Shown here one piece after another: positions 34,763-51,605 of a stretch of 64,000 nucleotides of DNA. Every line of letters starts with the position of its first letter. The first letter of the stretch is position 1. Position numbers and translations under genes: made by a program. The DNA is from Tubiluchus corallicola. Lineage: Eukaryota > Animalia > Priapulida. The stretch covers positions 1 to 64,000 of the forward strand of contig JAQGDQ010000032.1 in NCBI GenBank assembly GCA_030141605.1, read 5' to 3'. The notes beneath the pieces were generated by a model, which saw only the letters and a list, made by a program, of their open reading frames with translations, was not told where the DNA came from and did no database searches.

Positions 34763-37570
34763 ATCATCATCTTGGGAAAGGCTTATTAAATAACTTCCTC
34801 CCCCAAAATTTGCATTTCAACAAAGAGTTTAATAATATAGCAATCTGCAAGCTTCGTCTGGCTCATTTGTCTGGATAAAATCCGCGTAAGCAGTCTTTCT
34901 TTGTTTGTCCTGTCGTTTAAACTGCATAGATTGCCACAGTGAAGACTGGATAACAATCAGCAGGACCAGAAATATGTCTACAACCGAGGCATGAACTGCA
35001 TATTGTTTCTAGACAAAAATATGAAGAATTTTTTATAAGGAATTACGCTATGGCTGAGTATATGTAATCACTTTTTATGGTGAACTGCAATGGTGAACCG
35101 GTTGAATTTCATCTTTGTAAGTTCAATGAACGTGGCCAGTGGGCAATACGTTTAAGTAAAAAATATATGCAAACTCGAGGAAGTTTATTTTCTCACAAGC
35201 AAGTTGGTAAGTTTGTTTGTTTTGTGAATCTCGTACATTTCTTTGTCAACAACGCCCTGAAGTCACATTCTCATTGTCATCGATGTTGTCATTGTTACCA
35301 TAACCTTTATCACTATTGCCCTCATCATCATCGTCATCATCACCCTCATCACCATCATCATCACCATCATCATCATCTCATCACGACAGTTAACTACATT
35401 ATCCTTATTGTTGTTACATCCAGCAAATGATTTCATTTTTGCCAAAGTGTTTGGTTCTGCTTCGGATTTTTTTCTCGACGCACGAGTATTTTTTATTTAC
35501 AGAGTTTTTATGCTTTTAGTGCATTTGGTAAAATTTTATCATGAAGTTCTTGAACAGGACCAAATATGGTTCTTTGAACTTTTTTTCACTTCTTTGAACG
35601 AATACTGTACGTTATCTTACAGATATGTACTGCACCAAAATAATAACTGTCGTTTATAAAGCAGACTGTTTAATTAGTACTTTTCAGAATCACGAGGTGC
35701 GGTATTACTATTGCAAGCAAATGCGATCAAAATCTTGTTATCAAATCTAGTAAAAGAACGAATCACAAAAAGGCGAACACTTTCTGCCAAATTAAATTAG
35801 TATTTAAGCGTGCATTTGAATGGCAGGAGATACCAGAGTCTAATCCTGTCGTGCGAATTGTAACAGGTTTCTTTTGTCTTCGAACAACGTTTGTCGAGAC
35901 AAAAGTTCGTTCAATCCCATTTAAATGCATCACGTTGCATAAATCAGTATCAGTATCAGTAAAAAAGTGAAACTGCACAGTTGATGATATTGATTTTAGA
36001 GCAGTAATTAATGAGTAAAAGTTAAATGTAAGCAAGATGGTCCATGGACACGGGACTTCTCTGCTGTGATTTACGTTGGTGATATGCTGGCTGCTATTCT
36101 GGATTTACATACTTTAATTCTCTTCTCTTTTTGGATTTTTTTATGTGTTTGCTAATTGACTGTTCATTCCTTGCGCATTGTAAATGAGTATGTAACTTTT
36201 AACCACCAGCTCAAGGTAATTTGCCTCAATAAATCTTGCCTCGGTTTGGTATTATAGCTTTGATAAGTTTGGATCCAAATTCTAACAGTTTTTGAATAGA
36301 ATTGAGCTTTGACAATAAACTACACACTTAAGGTCACTTCTAAAACAACAAGTTTGTTTTGCTTGGTTATAGCCCATTTTTTTACTTTTCTCTGTGCAGT
36401 AAAGTGAAATTCTCGCCATGTGAACTGATTTTTCCTTTTGCGTTCCTTTGAGACTTTTAAGCAGAGGGCGCAACAGCTTTGCAAGCGTCCAAGGTTTTCT
36501 GTGGCAGTAATACAAAGATGATTATATACTTGTCTACGTGCAAGTAACAGGCCTACTTTTCCAAGTTTTGCAAAGTACAGTTTCATAAAATCTTTTCATA
36601 CAATACTTGTAAAGTACAACTGCTCTCCATGAAGCCATAATAAATACGAGCAGAGTTTGCGCTCTCACTTATGGCTTCTCCCGCCTTGCTGCTGCAGAGA
36701 AAATGTAGATTTAGTTTAAGAAGACACACTCCTAATGAAAGGTGTCAGAAGACGTAAATGGTCGTGGCAAATGTCTGCGGTATTAAGCATCCAAGTCGTG
36801 AGAGCAGCAACGTCGTGACCCAAGGTCACTAAAAGCCATGTTGTAATTGAAGCTGCGTCATCGCTCAAGGCATGCAGTTGTTGCGGCCGTCTTCTGTGAT
36901 AGAAAGCCCAATCTATACTGGCTTTTTAGTAGGTTAGATAAAATTTCGTATAACTAATTTCTGTTGGGAATGCTGAAATACAGTTTGGCCTAAGATGTCT
37001 CTCAAGAAATTTAGACCTTATCATGCATTTCTTAGTTAATGAGAGAACAACAATTAAGTAATGTTATGTTTAACTGGAAGAAAGAGAAAACAAGAATATT
37101 TTGACTGCTAAATCCTAGATAATAATAATTTGAAAGCTTTATTGTTGTATTACATCGTTCTTCATGAGAATATTGTTTACAATTTTACTCGAAGTTATGT
37201 TACACAATTTGTGTAGTAGATGGAGCCACGCATTCGTTTTAATTTCTCTAACTTGATTGCCGTTTTTGCCGAGTGCATACGCCCAGGACCCACGCGATGT
37301 ATTAGGTAATGTATATGTGCAAAAGACCGCTTACTCTAGGCATATGGAATTATAATTTTTACAATTTTGGTAAATTTTTGAAACATTAAAAACACTATTT
37401 AAATTACAATAAAATAATGTGATTTATAACAACATTAATGTAATAATAATACATAGGCAGATAAAAATATGCCTTAGCTTTTAATTTCTAACTTTTATTT
37501 AAAAATTTCACATTTAAATTGCGCAGCTAAAAGACGAATGCATTAGACTCATTCTTTATACAACGCCATC

Positions 37571-38255
<685 letters not shown>

Positions 38256-41200
38256 AAATCATAATGGAATAATTATTTTTTTTTATTCCTGCAAAATTAC
38301 ACTTTCTAAACTTACGAAGCTTGATCTATTTATATATTTATAGCCTATCTATAGTCTTTGCACAAATGACTGTTTGAGCTCTTATTATACAATCGATTCA
38401 ATTTATCTGTGTGATCTGAGCCTGTAAAAAGAGGCACTTTTTTGTACATATATGGTCTCTGTGTTTATAGAAAGTCTTATACAGTCTTAATTTTATAGGT
38501 AAGCTAGGGTATAGTCTCTCCTCGGAATGATTCGATTTTCAGATCACTTGGTCCATAAGCCACATCGAACGCGGCTAATGTTTTTTTTTGATGAAAATGC
38601 CGTAGCAGTTGAAATTTTTCAAGTAGGCGAAGTATGCTTGCTCACAACTGTATGTTCGAGGCTATCTTTGCATAAAAGCTCCGCCGAAGACCAAATTTTA
38701 CCTTTCTAAAAATGTTACATCTTAAAAGCGTAGTAAGGAATTGTAGGGTAGGGAGAAGGCTTGCAATGAGTGCAACTATAAATGTGTAATACATAATACA
38801 TAATACACATTTCTTGGTTGTTGGTTCAACGGCCAAATTCAGTCCCATAATTTCTGAAAGCATTGTATTATTTGTGAAGGTTTGTCGCTTATATATATTA
38901 GTGATCTTAGCCCAGTTTCACAAAAATTACTTGAACCTAGGAAGGGTGTTGTGTCCGTATACAGGAAATATGCTAAGGAGAGACTGTCCTTGGTGTCCTA
39001 TAGCAAGAACAGCTATGTAATTACTATAAGAGCTCATGTACGTTGTTGCTTACTATTTTTTTCTTTTTATTAATAATTAATGTATCTAAATTTCAGAAAA
39101 TTGCAGAAACTAATGCTTGATTATCAAGTTTTTTAATCGTTCTATAGTTGGTTTATGCTATCACGGGTGTGGTGATAATACTTGGACTCATTTCAAGTCT
39201 CGCTTTTGAAGCACTTGCCAAGATGTTAGCTTGAAATTTTCTGCTTTCTATGAACGGAAAAGAGGTCTAGAGCCCTAGACTGAATACGTTGCTTGCTGAA
39301 AGTGTTATGTTAAGCTCTGCGACAGCTAATTCTTCCATTTCAGAAGGGAAGCTTGCACTTGTTTTATATAATCTATGGTCTGCGGCTGTCTGCCTCAGTG
39401 TCTATAAAGGGCAAGCGATGTGTTTTCTTTGAAAACCAGCTTTTGTGCCGAGCGTCAAAAGTAGCTGACTCCTTAATGAAACACTTATCTCAGAGCTTGC
39501 CTTGGCGATTTCACATGTTGCTTGTCAGCTCTTATAGAGCCACTAAAAGCGATTCCTCTCTTGTTCCCTCGACAAAGAGGCGCTTCAAAAGGACAGTGAT
39601 AACTGCCACACGCTTTTGCTCACGCGTCTCTTCCTGACAAGATTCCACTATTAAAACGCTCTGCAAATATTTGATAGTTAGAGAGACGGTTTATAGCAGA
39701 AGAACTATGATATGTGAGCCAATTGTGGCACCGACACACATCTCTTTTACAGATATGATATATGATATTGTCACTCGAGTGGTGCTGGTGCGCCCGTGCT
39801 CCATCGATATTAGCGCTATGCTCACAAACTACAAAGCATGCGTTAGTTTCCAAGAGAAGGCCAAACACACTTCTGCACAGATATGGCTGGCGGAGACGAA
39901 AAAGGCTGTAAGGCTAATATTTGAGATCAGGACTCTTAGCAGGGCTTTTGTAACTTAATATGACCTATAGAGCTGACTCATATGATTTTATTGAGACGAT
40001 GATAGCGCTTCAAGATAAACAGTGTAAGTAATACGACAAGCTATCGCATGGTTTAATCGCAGAACGCGGCAATCGCTGTAAGTAGCTTGTGTATCAGCTA
40101 CTTATGACAATATTTTAAAATACAATGGCACAAATCAGTCTTGAAAATTTCAAATACTTTAATTGGTCCTTAAACTAATTTATTTAACATTTTCTTGACA
40201 GATTGTTTTAAAATACAGCACAACTGTAATTTTATTTCACTGTGCAAATAAGGATATGTATTTGGTAATGATTTGTCGAAAACAGCTATTGTCAAACCAG
40301 TTATTTTGCAGAGTACTATCCCATTGTAATGTTTCCGCTTATGTCTATAGATATCGTCGTGCGTTAAATTACGTAAAATACGATAGGAAAGTGCTTGCAA
40401 CAACCAGTTTCGCCATTGCCATCAAAAGAACCTAGTGCTGCGTTTGAAATTTTTTGAGAATTTAAAAGGAATCATTCAAGTAACTGTGTTATGCCAACAC
40501 TTATAAATCAAGCACATATATGAATCAGCAAGTAGTCTAACAACTAATTTATTGAAGAATTTTTCGTGTTGTGAAGTTCAAATATCGAGTTTTAAACTTG
40601 TGACTTGGCGAATAAAAAAACATGCTTTTTCTTCCGCGCTATTCTGAATGTGCTCTTTGTGACTTACAATTAGTGACGTTACCTATATACTTTTAACAAT
40701 CTGGTAAAATTATTTTATTGATTAACAAACAAATTTTTACTTACCTAAAGCACAAGGAAGCACTCTTCATAAATAAAACTTAAAAAATTCGTCTTTAAAT
40801 TAATATATCACTTACGAAATAATCAGAGCACTCGTAGCGCACTCTTTGCTAACTAAGCAAAAGTATAAATTACTTTATCTTGTCAATAAGATCAATAATG
40901 TGTTTTTGGTGAACGTATATGCACTTCGTTTTAATTTTATTTTATTAGTTTATTCAGTTTTTCCATTTCGCATTTATGATTATAAAAACATTAAAATAAA
41001 GTCACTGAAGCTTGACTTGCATTTAAAAACGAACTTACAATTTCTGCTGTAAGCCTACGTAAGCGTGCTAATGCTAAATTACATGTAGATATATAGATTT
41101 TAAAATTATTGTAGCTGTAGGCCTGTAATGTAGATTTCTATACGTATTTTGCATGTGATCTATTTCGACCAATGTTGATGGGTGTGTCGAATTTTTTGCG

Positions 41201-42576
41201 ATATTATTTCCTAAACCTATATGATTATTATGAAAGGAGTTGCCTCGTTGGCAGATTTTCTGCTCAACATTACACTATGCCGAGGAATCCTACTCGCAAA
41301 TACACGCAAAGATGAAATAAACATGCTCATTATTATTGGGTAATACCATTACAGAGCTGACAAAACATTGAATCAGCGATGTCCGGTGAAGCCATTAGTA
41401 AAGCCAAGCCGACAGCTGGAGGAAAAACAGAGAAAACCCAGTTTGCCGAAGCGCAGCTGTCCCTCGTAGAACATTACTTAAATTCAATATGACCAAGGGG
41501 TTAGACCTCTCCCACTGTGGTTATTTTGTGGTGTCTGTTTGTTTGGACAGGCTGAGAACTGGGACATATGCGGCGGTCACATTTTTTGTGGCTATCGGTG
41601 AAAGAGTATGCCGCTCCGGATCGGGTGACGGGAGTAGTCATTACACGGGGTATGGGGTACTGCAAGTTTATAATGTAATTCATTCAATTCGTAACTTTGA
41701 TCTTATTAAGGTGCTGTTCTGGCAGTTCTTCTTAATCAAACTCCAAACCCTTGGACTTTATTCATGGACGATGTTTTAGCTCATTTCTGCTACTTTTCTG
41801 TTCCATTTTTACGACAAATGAACGTTTACAAACATCAAATGCGATGGAAATGTGAATCTACATATGTACATTTAGGGTAAAGCAACAAACTGTTGTAGGT
41901 GTCTGAAATATCCTCATAAAGCTAAAAATTCGTCTTGTAATTTTGTATCATGTAGTAGTGCACATTTCACACACCAACTAAGCAAACGTATATATTATAT
42001 TATCTTGACAATAAAGTTACTAACGCCTTTTTTGACGGTGAGCCCATTTTTTGGTACATATTAGAATAGTGAAATACTGACATTTTACCAACAAGCGCAA
42101 ACATTTTAAGTTATTAAAAACTTTCTTTTTCAGTTGTATAAGTCTTTCAAACAGGTAAGCGCAATGACAAGTAATATAACTTTGTTTGGAGGTTTTTGAA
42201 ATATACTTTTAAATTCTCTTTTCTGCTCCTTTAAAGCATACAGCTCGTTTTTAGCACTTAACATTCCCTTACCGAAATCTGTTATTTCTGGAACCTGGAA
42301 TAAGAAACATAGGACAATTGTTTTACTTAATTTTTAAAAATGAATGCCGAAGAAGGACATAACTTTTTCGTAAGCTCCATTTCTTAAAATAAAAGCTTAA
42401 GTGAAAATCTAAGCTGAAATAGCTAATACGTATGTACAATGCCTGAATATAATCAAGCAGCAAATTCGGCAAAAATAATGATGAAAAGGGCATAACACTA
42501 AAAATTTTTAAAACTCCACTGTTTATAAAAATTCGCAACTGCTTAGTGTGCGTGTGTTACCCCGTGAGCATTCTTA

Positions 42577-42868
42577 CTGTGTCTTCAGACTAGCGAGTTA
42601 TCTATCACGAGTTTTCTCTCTGACAGCAAACTCGCACGTTTGAACGGCTTTGCGAGTTACTTTCGGTAATTGCTGCGAGTTGATTTCTTGCGAGCTACTG
42701 TCTAGTGTGAACTCCTCGCTAGTTACTTTTAACGTTTTTTGCAATAAATAGAGAAGGAAGTGTCAGCTGGCGCTTGCTATCGGAGAGTAACACGCAGCAA
42801 GGTTGCTCTCTAGTCAGAGTGCGCTTGCGAATTACTAGGCGAGAAAATTCGCTAGTCTGGACACGCCG
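42577..42868. mobile_element. PIF/Harbinger (Tourist)-like MITE
   Basis: Terminal inverted repeats ctgtgtcttcagactagcgagtt / aattcgctagtctggacacgccg, flanked by TTA and TAA. Internal gcgagtt-type subrepeats. Confidence 0.7.
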
Positions 42869-44919
42869 TAAGAGGAGATAAGCAGCCGAGATATCTACGT
42901 AAAATCCTCCACGAAAGCAATTCTACCTATCCGGTTGTAATAAATGTGTAACAAGTAAACTGGTGTGTTTTTAAAGTTAATTGAATGTATTTAATTGCAA
43001 GTTACTGCTATACTGAAAATAAATAAAGTATAGTGTTAAAGTTTTAGCAACGTTCATGTAAGCTTCCATCCCTAACTTCATGTGGGCGTTACCGGTTGCT
43101 CCCCTTATTTAAGTCGTATTACAGAAAAACTCTTCTAACAAATCTATTTTTACGCGGCAGACTTGCATGTAGATCATGTTCAACGTATTGGATTGTTCAA
43201 CACCATCAATCCGTAGGTCAAGGATGCTAGTCCAAATGCCATGCTGGGAATTCTTCATGTCATTTGGTTCACATTTCCAGTGAGGACTGCTGCGACGATT
43301 CAAAACACCAAACACATTTAGCAAGCTCAAGTATTTCATGTCATCTGACCTAGTTATATGATGTCAATCTTGTAACCCCATCACCACGCATCTTGTCAGC
43401 AAAACTGGGACATTAACCCTTTAACTTTTAGAGGTGGCTTACCTCCCATGGTTTATGTGTGCGGTAATAGACGTCAGTATGCCAGTAGCAACTGTTCATC
43501 GAAAACTAATCACAAACGGTTGGTTTAAATAAGAAACATTGGGTTGTGGGCCTGATAAGGCACTGATTGATTTTTTGTGATCAATTGATATCTCCCTGAC
43601 AAGTTTAAACAGAGACGAATTTATTTTGTGTCATAATTTTATTCACATGTCTTTTTGCGTTTTGCGTTCTTATTTTGACTTTCAAAATCAAAAAAAATTT
43701 TGTACTTAGTCAAATAAATGAGATAATTATGTCGACCAAACGAGCTGCAATTTTTGCTTTATTTTAAACTATATTATCAAACGTAGCGATTTATGTACAC
43801 ATACATTGCATTTTGTATTGTATTATTATATCTGCGTCAGTGTAAACCGTGTAAAAATATTATTGTTTGTTAAAACTTATTGATGATTTTGATATGCATA
43901 GCTACAGGAATTTCGGATCACATCCGGTGCTTTCTTAGCTAGCATCCGGTTTTCCAGGATTAAATAAACAGCATAGATTATGCCCCCTCGAGACTTAGCA
44001 TGTTGTCTTTTACTAACTGTGATTAGATGTAGTTTAAGCTGGGTGCTGGTACCAAATCGTTACCATGTGGTTCTGGGGGATGTTTAGTCTAAAAAAGGGT
44101 AGTAGTTTTGTCTATTAGGAAAAAACTGGCACTCAATGATTATGTGACCAAACAGAGAGCACAACAACTAAGTGACAATTAATCCTGCAGATTGGTACTT
44201 CAAACTCTGTGCAAATTCACAAAGATATTATGTAGTTCGTTTTGCGTACATTTATGTATATTTTAAACTTGTTGTAAATTATAGGTACTGCTATGACAAG
44301 ATTTAAGAAAGTACATCGCGCATTTAAAGTATTCAAATACATTATATTCTCCAGTAAGAACTAGATTTGTGAGACAGTTTTGCGAAACGCATTTCTTATC
44401 CAGTGCTATCCAAACTATATATTTTCCTAACCTCTTTTAATAACCCCTTATATTTAACATATTTAAATCTGTAACTCTTGAGAATACTGAAATAGAATTT
44501 CATAAGCTAAGGGTAGGACAAATCCACATTTATGAAAATGTTTACATTAAATGTGGCCAAAAGGCGTAAGCCTTAAGTTGAATATGGGGCCTTTGTCGTA
44601 TATTAACGTGTATGCTAGACCGCGAGACAGTGCTCACACTTAAGATTAAAGTATTGGGAATTTGCCACATCGAGTAGCGGTTAAAATAGCAAAATTGTAT
44701 TGAGAGAAGAAATTTCGGTTAACAGTGGTAATATAAGTTTTGTCGCATTAGACGTTTTGAATATATTATTCTTAAGAGATTCTTCCTTGTCTTTCTTGTG
44801 TATTTTATCTATCCTTTTTACAATGCGACAGGTGATCTCTGACATCTTGAGGAACGTCTTTAACTGCCACAGGTCTTCTGTACGATTTCTTTTTACACTT
44901 CAGCATCATTTGCCTCACT

Positions 44920-44935
44920 TGACCTTAACTGACCT
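44920..44935 (-). promoter_or_regulatory. Perfect nuclear-receptor DR4 element
   Basis: TGACCT-taac-TGACCT (AGGTCA n4 AGGTCA on the minus strand). Confidence 0.45.
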
Positions 44936-46416
44936 AATGGTCCAGCCGTACGGCATGTAGGGCAGAGCGCCTTTGTAATTGGTTCCACATAGCGCCTGAT
45001 GAAACCCAACCCGTTCACTGATGGGGCATTATGGGAAACATAAATCTGTCTGTCCGTCAAGTTTATGTCGTCTAGTGACACTCTGAGCACACCCTGTGTT
45101 TATTTGGCTTATGGGCTTATTTAGACACTAACGCTTTCGTTATTATTACATCATGTAAAAGTTTAATTTTAGCATTAAGAATAATGATGAATTAATGCAC
45201 GCCTAATTACTAATTTAGCGTTATTTTCTTAACCGATTTAAAAATGCCTCAAAGATGCTGTGCCTTTCACAAAATATGAAACTTGATGTTCAAGTTTACC
45301 TAGTTAGCTAATTAATTACATTATATAATCTTAATTTTAAATTTTATAACGTCTTTTGTATAACCTTAATTTTAATATATCAAATCAAATGACGGATTTA
45401 ACTGGCAAACGGTGATCTTTTTCCTTGATTCAGGAAATTGTTGAATTATTCAATTATTTAAATGCTCTTACGACGATTTTCTTTTTGAAAATGGAAGAAA
45501 AGGCGTAAATTTCGGGGTTTTCTTACTAATTTATACTGACGTAAGAATTATGCAAAAATATCGGACTTTAATGACTAAATTTGGATGCTCAATAGCCAAC
45601 ACATCAGTTACATGCATTTTTCATTTCTCTGGTTAAATGTTCTTCGGCTAATACAACTAGGCTTGATCTCGTAACAACGTGCTTTCCTAGAGTCGCCACA
45701 GTTTCCAGAAGCTCACACCAATTTTCAATCAACAAGCCATAACTGAATTTGATTCATTCTTCTACGGTCACTATAATTGTATTTTAAGGTAGCATAATGT
45801 TATAAACGGGCGCCAGCAGGCCACCCCATGGCGTAGCTTCCGCTTTGCGAGCAATCATTATAATTTTTTGGGTCGCTAGGAGAAAGGTATAATGGGCGGT
45901 TATGTCTATTAAACTTAGTTTTATGTTGCCCGCTGCTGCAAAGAGTAAATTGGTAGTAGCTGCAGAAATTACGCCAAGCTGAATATTTGTGGGTCGTACG
46001 AGTGAATTTATTGGCGTTTTAGGGGTGGGTTTAGTAAAGATAAGTAACTGTACAATAACAGGCTCTACTGTCTTTACAGCTAAAGAAAAATAAAATAAAA
46101 TGAGAAACCTCTCACTTCTTTCTTTTTCTCTTTTCTGTGTTTCTATGTCTTCCACTTCTCCTCTGTGTCTTTTTCTCTCTCGTTTTCTACTCTTTTACAA
46201 GTCGGTCATCCAAATTTAGTTGTTTAGTTAGCAAAAATCGTTTTTTTCCGGTAAAAGTACTTTGCTCCACTTTTATTTATTATATATATATATATATCAC
46301 TAGAAAGAAGTGAGAGGTTTCTCATTTTATATATATATATACTCTTTGTAGCACCAGGCAACATAAAACTAAGTTTAATAGACATAACCGCCCATTATAC
46401 CTTTTTCCTAGCGACC

Positions 46417-46419
<3 letters not shown>

Positions 46420-46460
<41 letters not shown>

Positions 46461-46472
46461 TTGTATGTATGA

Positions 46473-46559
<87 letters not shown>

Positions 46560-46577
46560 TGCATGCATGTATATATA
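46420..46577. repeat. (TA)n, (TG)n, (CGTG)n microsatellites
   Basis: Directly visible. Confidence 0.95.
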
Positions 46578-48261
46578 CAACAGACCGTAAGCACTTTTGC
46601 GAGTTGGTGTTATGAAGCAGTCGTCAGATTATCTCCGTCGTATTCTTATGTCGCTCAGACCATTTTTGCGCACCTGTGCACTATTTTACGGTCAAACGTG
46701 TTAAAAATAAAAAAAATTATTCATGATTTGCTGTAAAACTAAATCTAGTCTTTTTTTGATGTGCATTTTGATTGTTACTCTTCTAATTCTCTACCCAGGA
46801 CACCTAATATCGCGCAGAAAGGCCAGCAACAAGCTGGATACATTCCCAAAACATTAATTTTTTTACTTGTAGTTGGTCCCAATTGTGACCACAACAATGC
46901 AAACATTGAGACTGTTTACAAAATATATGTCACTTTAGTGACAGCTCTCGTGTCTTTTTTACACATTTGCTTATTTAAAGCATTCTCGTCTTTCGTAATC
47001 AAAAGGGCGTTGGCCGAGCTGTTGGTCCATGTCATTTCATCTATTTCAATCAATGCTTGATTCATTTGACCAATTCAGTTGTGCTCTCTGCCACTAGTCT
47101 ATGTTTTCGATTGTTATTATTTAGCTATGAGTTATTTCGACTTCAATGGACAAGCAGATCTTAACCCGTCATCTAGAAAATTTTCTCAATAACCGAATAA
47201 TTCCAGACGGAAAAATTTCGCATTTCTATTCACATGTCAATTTTATCAAATCAGGAAATTCGGATTGCCAGGGATTGCGAGTTCAAGTCGGATTGTGTAG
47301 CTGTATAATTTTCATGGCAGCATGAGTTTTCTGCTCCGTTGTCATCAATGAAGTGAACTGATTACACCCTGCGTCAACTCAAGTTTCACTAGGTTGCTTG
47401 CAGAGTCATATACCACACAACTGCTTTTGATGTTTACTGCTTCTTACAACAACACGTAACCTAATTACAAACAAAGAGCTATTTTGTATTTTTGTTTTAC
47501 TATACTGTTTGGTTTTTGTCAATTTATTTAAATGTATTTCTATCAACCGTACCGTCTCTAAAAGTTACATGGCAAAAAATTTCAATTTCAGTTTACCGAA
47601 AATGGTAAGATTAGTCAATTGACAGAAGATTAGCCAATTTGCAAGATTTTGACAGTTTTACATGTAAAATCAAAGCATGCTGAGCATCCGTACCAGTGGC
47701 TCATTTTCTTAAGCAAACATTTTATTTTCCTTCGACGAAGACAGAAACAGCAATAGCCACACGGGCAGGTTCATAGTTTTTTCTTTAAAGGAGGCTGTGC
47801 ACGCACAGATTTTTTCTAACTGAAATACATCGTATTTTCAGAACCGCTATGCATACATAGTCATCAGGGTTTAAATATTATCTTTCATAAGACATGTAGC
47901 TTCATCTGTGCGGAACTGCTGTAAGGTCTGAGTTGCAGACGGGTTAATTTCGATTTGTCGTGACATAGCCGCTTGATTTGACGACACAACAATAAGAGGG
48001 AAAATTGCGCTACATGCGGCGCATCTCTAACTGGGAGATTCTAGAGGGGGGACTTAAAACTGGCTTCCACTACAGCTACTATAAGACTTTATTTTTGCGA
48101 AAGCTTGCGTTTAATGAAGTGCATGTTAAGTATTTTACGTGCGATGTATCAGCTCAACTACCCGCTTTAATTGTTTGCCTTTGTAACGGAGGCATTATCT
48201 AATCAGCGCATTTACACGGAATGAATCAAGATGAAGAAGATGGAGAAAACATGACACTTCG

Positions 48262-48598
48262 ATTAGACGGTCGTAATGGTAATGCGTCCGCTTTCCATCT
48301 GGGAGGTCGTGAGTTCAATACTGCGGCTGGGTAAAACCACAGACTTTAAAAATGGCACCTGCAGTTGCTTTGTCTGGAGCGTGGTATTTTGGGTAAAAAT
48401 AAGGTAATAATAATTTCTGTTATGTGGGTGTAATTTGTTGTTTACAGTCGGCGATAAAAGCCTCATGGTAGGCTTATGTTGCCTGTTGAACATAAAGCAG
48501 ATTTTAAATAAAGGTTGTTATTATCATTATTATAATTATAATAATAATTATTATTATTACTATTAATACTACTGTTATCATGATCATCATCATCACCG

Positions 48599-48640
<42 letters not shown>
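48262..48640 (+). mobile_element. tRNA-derived SINE with (TAT)n tail
   Basis: A-box-like GGTCGTAATGG and B-box-like GAGTTCAATAC. The core GTAAAACCACAGACTTTAAAAATGGCACCTGCAGTTGCTT resembles, from memory, the conserved central domain of MetaSINE-type elements. AATAAA is followed by a simple-repeat tail. Confidence 0.65.
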
Positions 48641-48641
<1 letters not shown>

Positions 48642-51211
48642 GGTCAAATAGATTTAATAATGAAATGGTTATGAATTATTGTTTAAGATAACTATTCCTA
48701 AAAACTAAAACAAATGTATATATATATATGTCAAAGATTAAAAAATATTTTCTAGTTATATTATTAACTAAGGAACTTAAGACTGTGTACATTACAGTTA
48801 ACCTTAAAAAGTTAATTGCTCGTAGAAAGCTAATTACTACTAAGTTAGTTGGCAGGCTGTCAAAATGTCTTTGATGATATATATTAATATTGTGAGGCAT
48901 TAAGCCATTGAAGCTGATTTTTCTTTAATTTGTTGTATATTATTGCTCATAGTAAAACATAACTACTGAAACATCTGAAACATAACTACTGTATGATTTT
49001 GTAGTTTATTAATTAATGCTTTGTGTTTAATATTTATAACTTGTCATGAAAATATCCAGTGTAAATATGAGACAAAAACAAACAATAAATTTATTCAATT
49101 TGATAAATGTATTATATGCTGCACAGTCACATGAACATTTTTGTGAATTTTCGTATGTTTTATATTATGTTGCGATGAATTCATTACATGTATAAACTAT
49201 CTAGCAGTTATGCGCTTGCATAAAAATAGTAATTATTACACCTTTATTTTAGTTTCAAATTTCTCTCGCTGCTAATGCTTAATACCTGTACGGATTCCGC
49301 CAATTAAACGCGTTAAAAATTCGTGCAATTTTCTTCAGAGAATTATTATCATTTTGTATGAAATTCGCATTAACACCTTGGCATTTTCCGCTACGATTGC
49401 CTCTCGGTGGCAAATGTGGCGACGACTGCCAGCAGAGGTCGCTAGCAGTTTCCTAGACCACAAAAGATTTCAACGGCATCAGGATAACATTGGCTAGTTG
49501 ACCTGTCCTCTTCAGAGTGATTAGTGTGGTTTTGACATCTTTACTGCATCGACAAGTGAACGAGGTCCTTTTTTCAATGAAGCCCGTTTCGTAGATCCTC
49601 CTAGGTGATGCAATTAGGTTAGTCACATTTTACCGTCGAACCGTGCAAAACCTAGTCAAAGTACTGCGCGTGATTAACACGTAAACACGTTTGCATATCC
49701 CATTAAAACAGGCAACAAATTGGATTTGACCATTAGACGGGCGAATCTTCGGCTAGGATTAATTTTCCAGCAGACTGCTTGAATTAGGGCACGTGAATGT
49801 AACGGGTTAAGGCACTTGCTGCATGATAGCTGCAGTGTCACCTGGGGCAGTGGCAGCACGTGTACCGGCTCACATAGTACACTCTGATGCCGGTTGCTGG
49901 GGTTCCTTCGCCTGCAGGTAGAAAAAGATAATTTAGTTTCCATGTTTGCCCTCGTTCGATTTGATTATTTTATTTACTAGGTATAAGAGTTACAAGTCGT
50001 GTCGTAAGATGTTGAAACCATTCGCCAGCCTTTAACTTCACACGCTCTAGGCAGGTCTTTTCTCTATTGGTGTGGGCCAAATAAGGTAAAGCCATTATAA
50101 ACATGTACTGTAGTTGTGAGTGAGAACTTTCATACGTTTTGTATTCTATTCATTCTTAGTCTGCAAAAATGTTTTTAGCCGCAGATGGAACAATCCGGAT
50201 TCGACATTTGAAAATTCCTCAACAATTTGCCAGTCCAAAAATAAAAAAGAAAAGAGAAAATACCTGACATGCTGTAGCATTATATAAAAATAAATTTTAC
50301 TAAACGTAGTTCAATTAATTTTAATTTAAAATAATCATAAAACTGCCTAAAATTAAAAGAAATTAATTTGAATTAAATTTTGTAATCACTTTATAAGTGA
50401 ACTAAGGCACAAATGCTATTTAGCGTCATCCAGCCAATATTAGCATTATAGTTTCTTAACTGTGTTAATTATATTGTTTTGTTTGAGTCTGAAGTGTCAA
50501 TTAAAACTTATTTGTTTAAATATTGATGGCATTATCAGATTATTCGGGCGTGGTGAAGTTAATTTGAGATCAATTAAGTCGCATTAACACTTTCTCTTCG
50601 TTGTTGAGACAGGATAATTCAAGCACACAAGCGTCTGGCTTTAGGATATGTACATATATTGAAAATTTGTTATTGTAATGAAAATGTGAAACCGTGACAT
50701 AAGTAATTTTTTATCTGATTGAAATATTTTGGCGTGTTTGTAACCCTGCACATGTATTTTTGTAACTGATTTTGCTATTCAAATGTGAAAATGTACTATG
50801 AAACTGTTATACTGTAGTACTGTAATGTACTGTTATACCATTTACTGCAAACGAAGTATGTATACCAAGCATTCAATTTGTATTTTAATAATAGTGCATA
50901 TCTCAATCTCAGTCTCCCTCTTTTTCTCTTGCATGTCCGCTCCTGTTTTGTGAATTTGTATCTGTCTGTCTTCTGTGTGCTTTCTCCTCAACCCTTTCTT
51001 TTCCTCTTTCCTTCTGCCTTCACCTCTCTTTTTTATTTCTTAGTCCCTCCTGACAGTCGATAGTGGATGGATGGGTAGATGGATAGAAACTTTCTATTTT
51101 CTATTGTGTCTTGCGTACATTTCTATGTCATTCTTGCTCACGCTTTCTCTGTCTTTCTCTTTTTCTACCTGTCTGCCTTTCTATCTGTCTATCTAGCTCC
51201 CTCCCTCCCTA

Positions 51212-51605
<394 letters not shown>
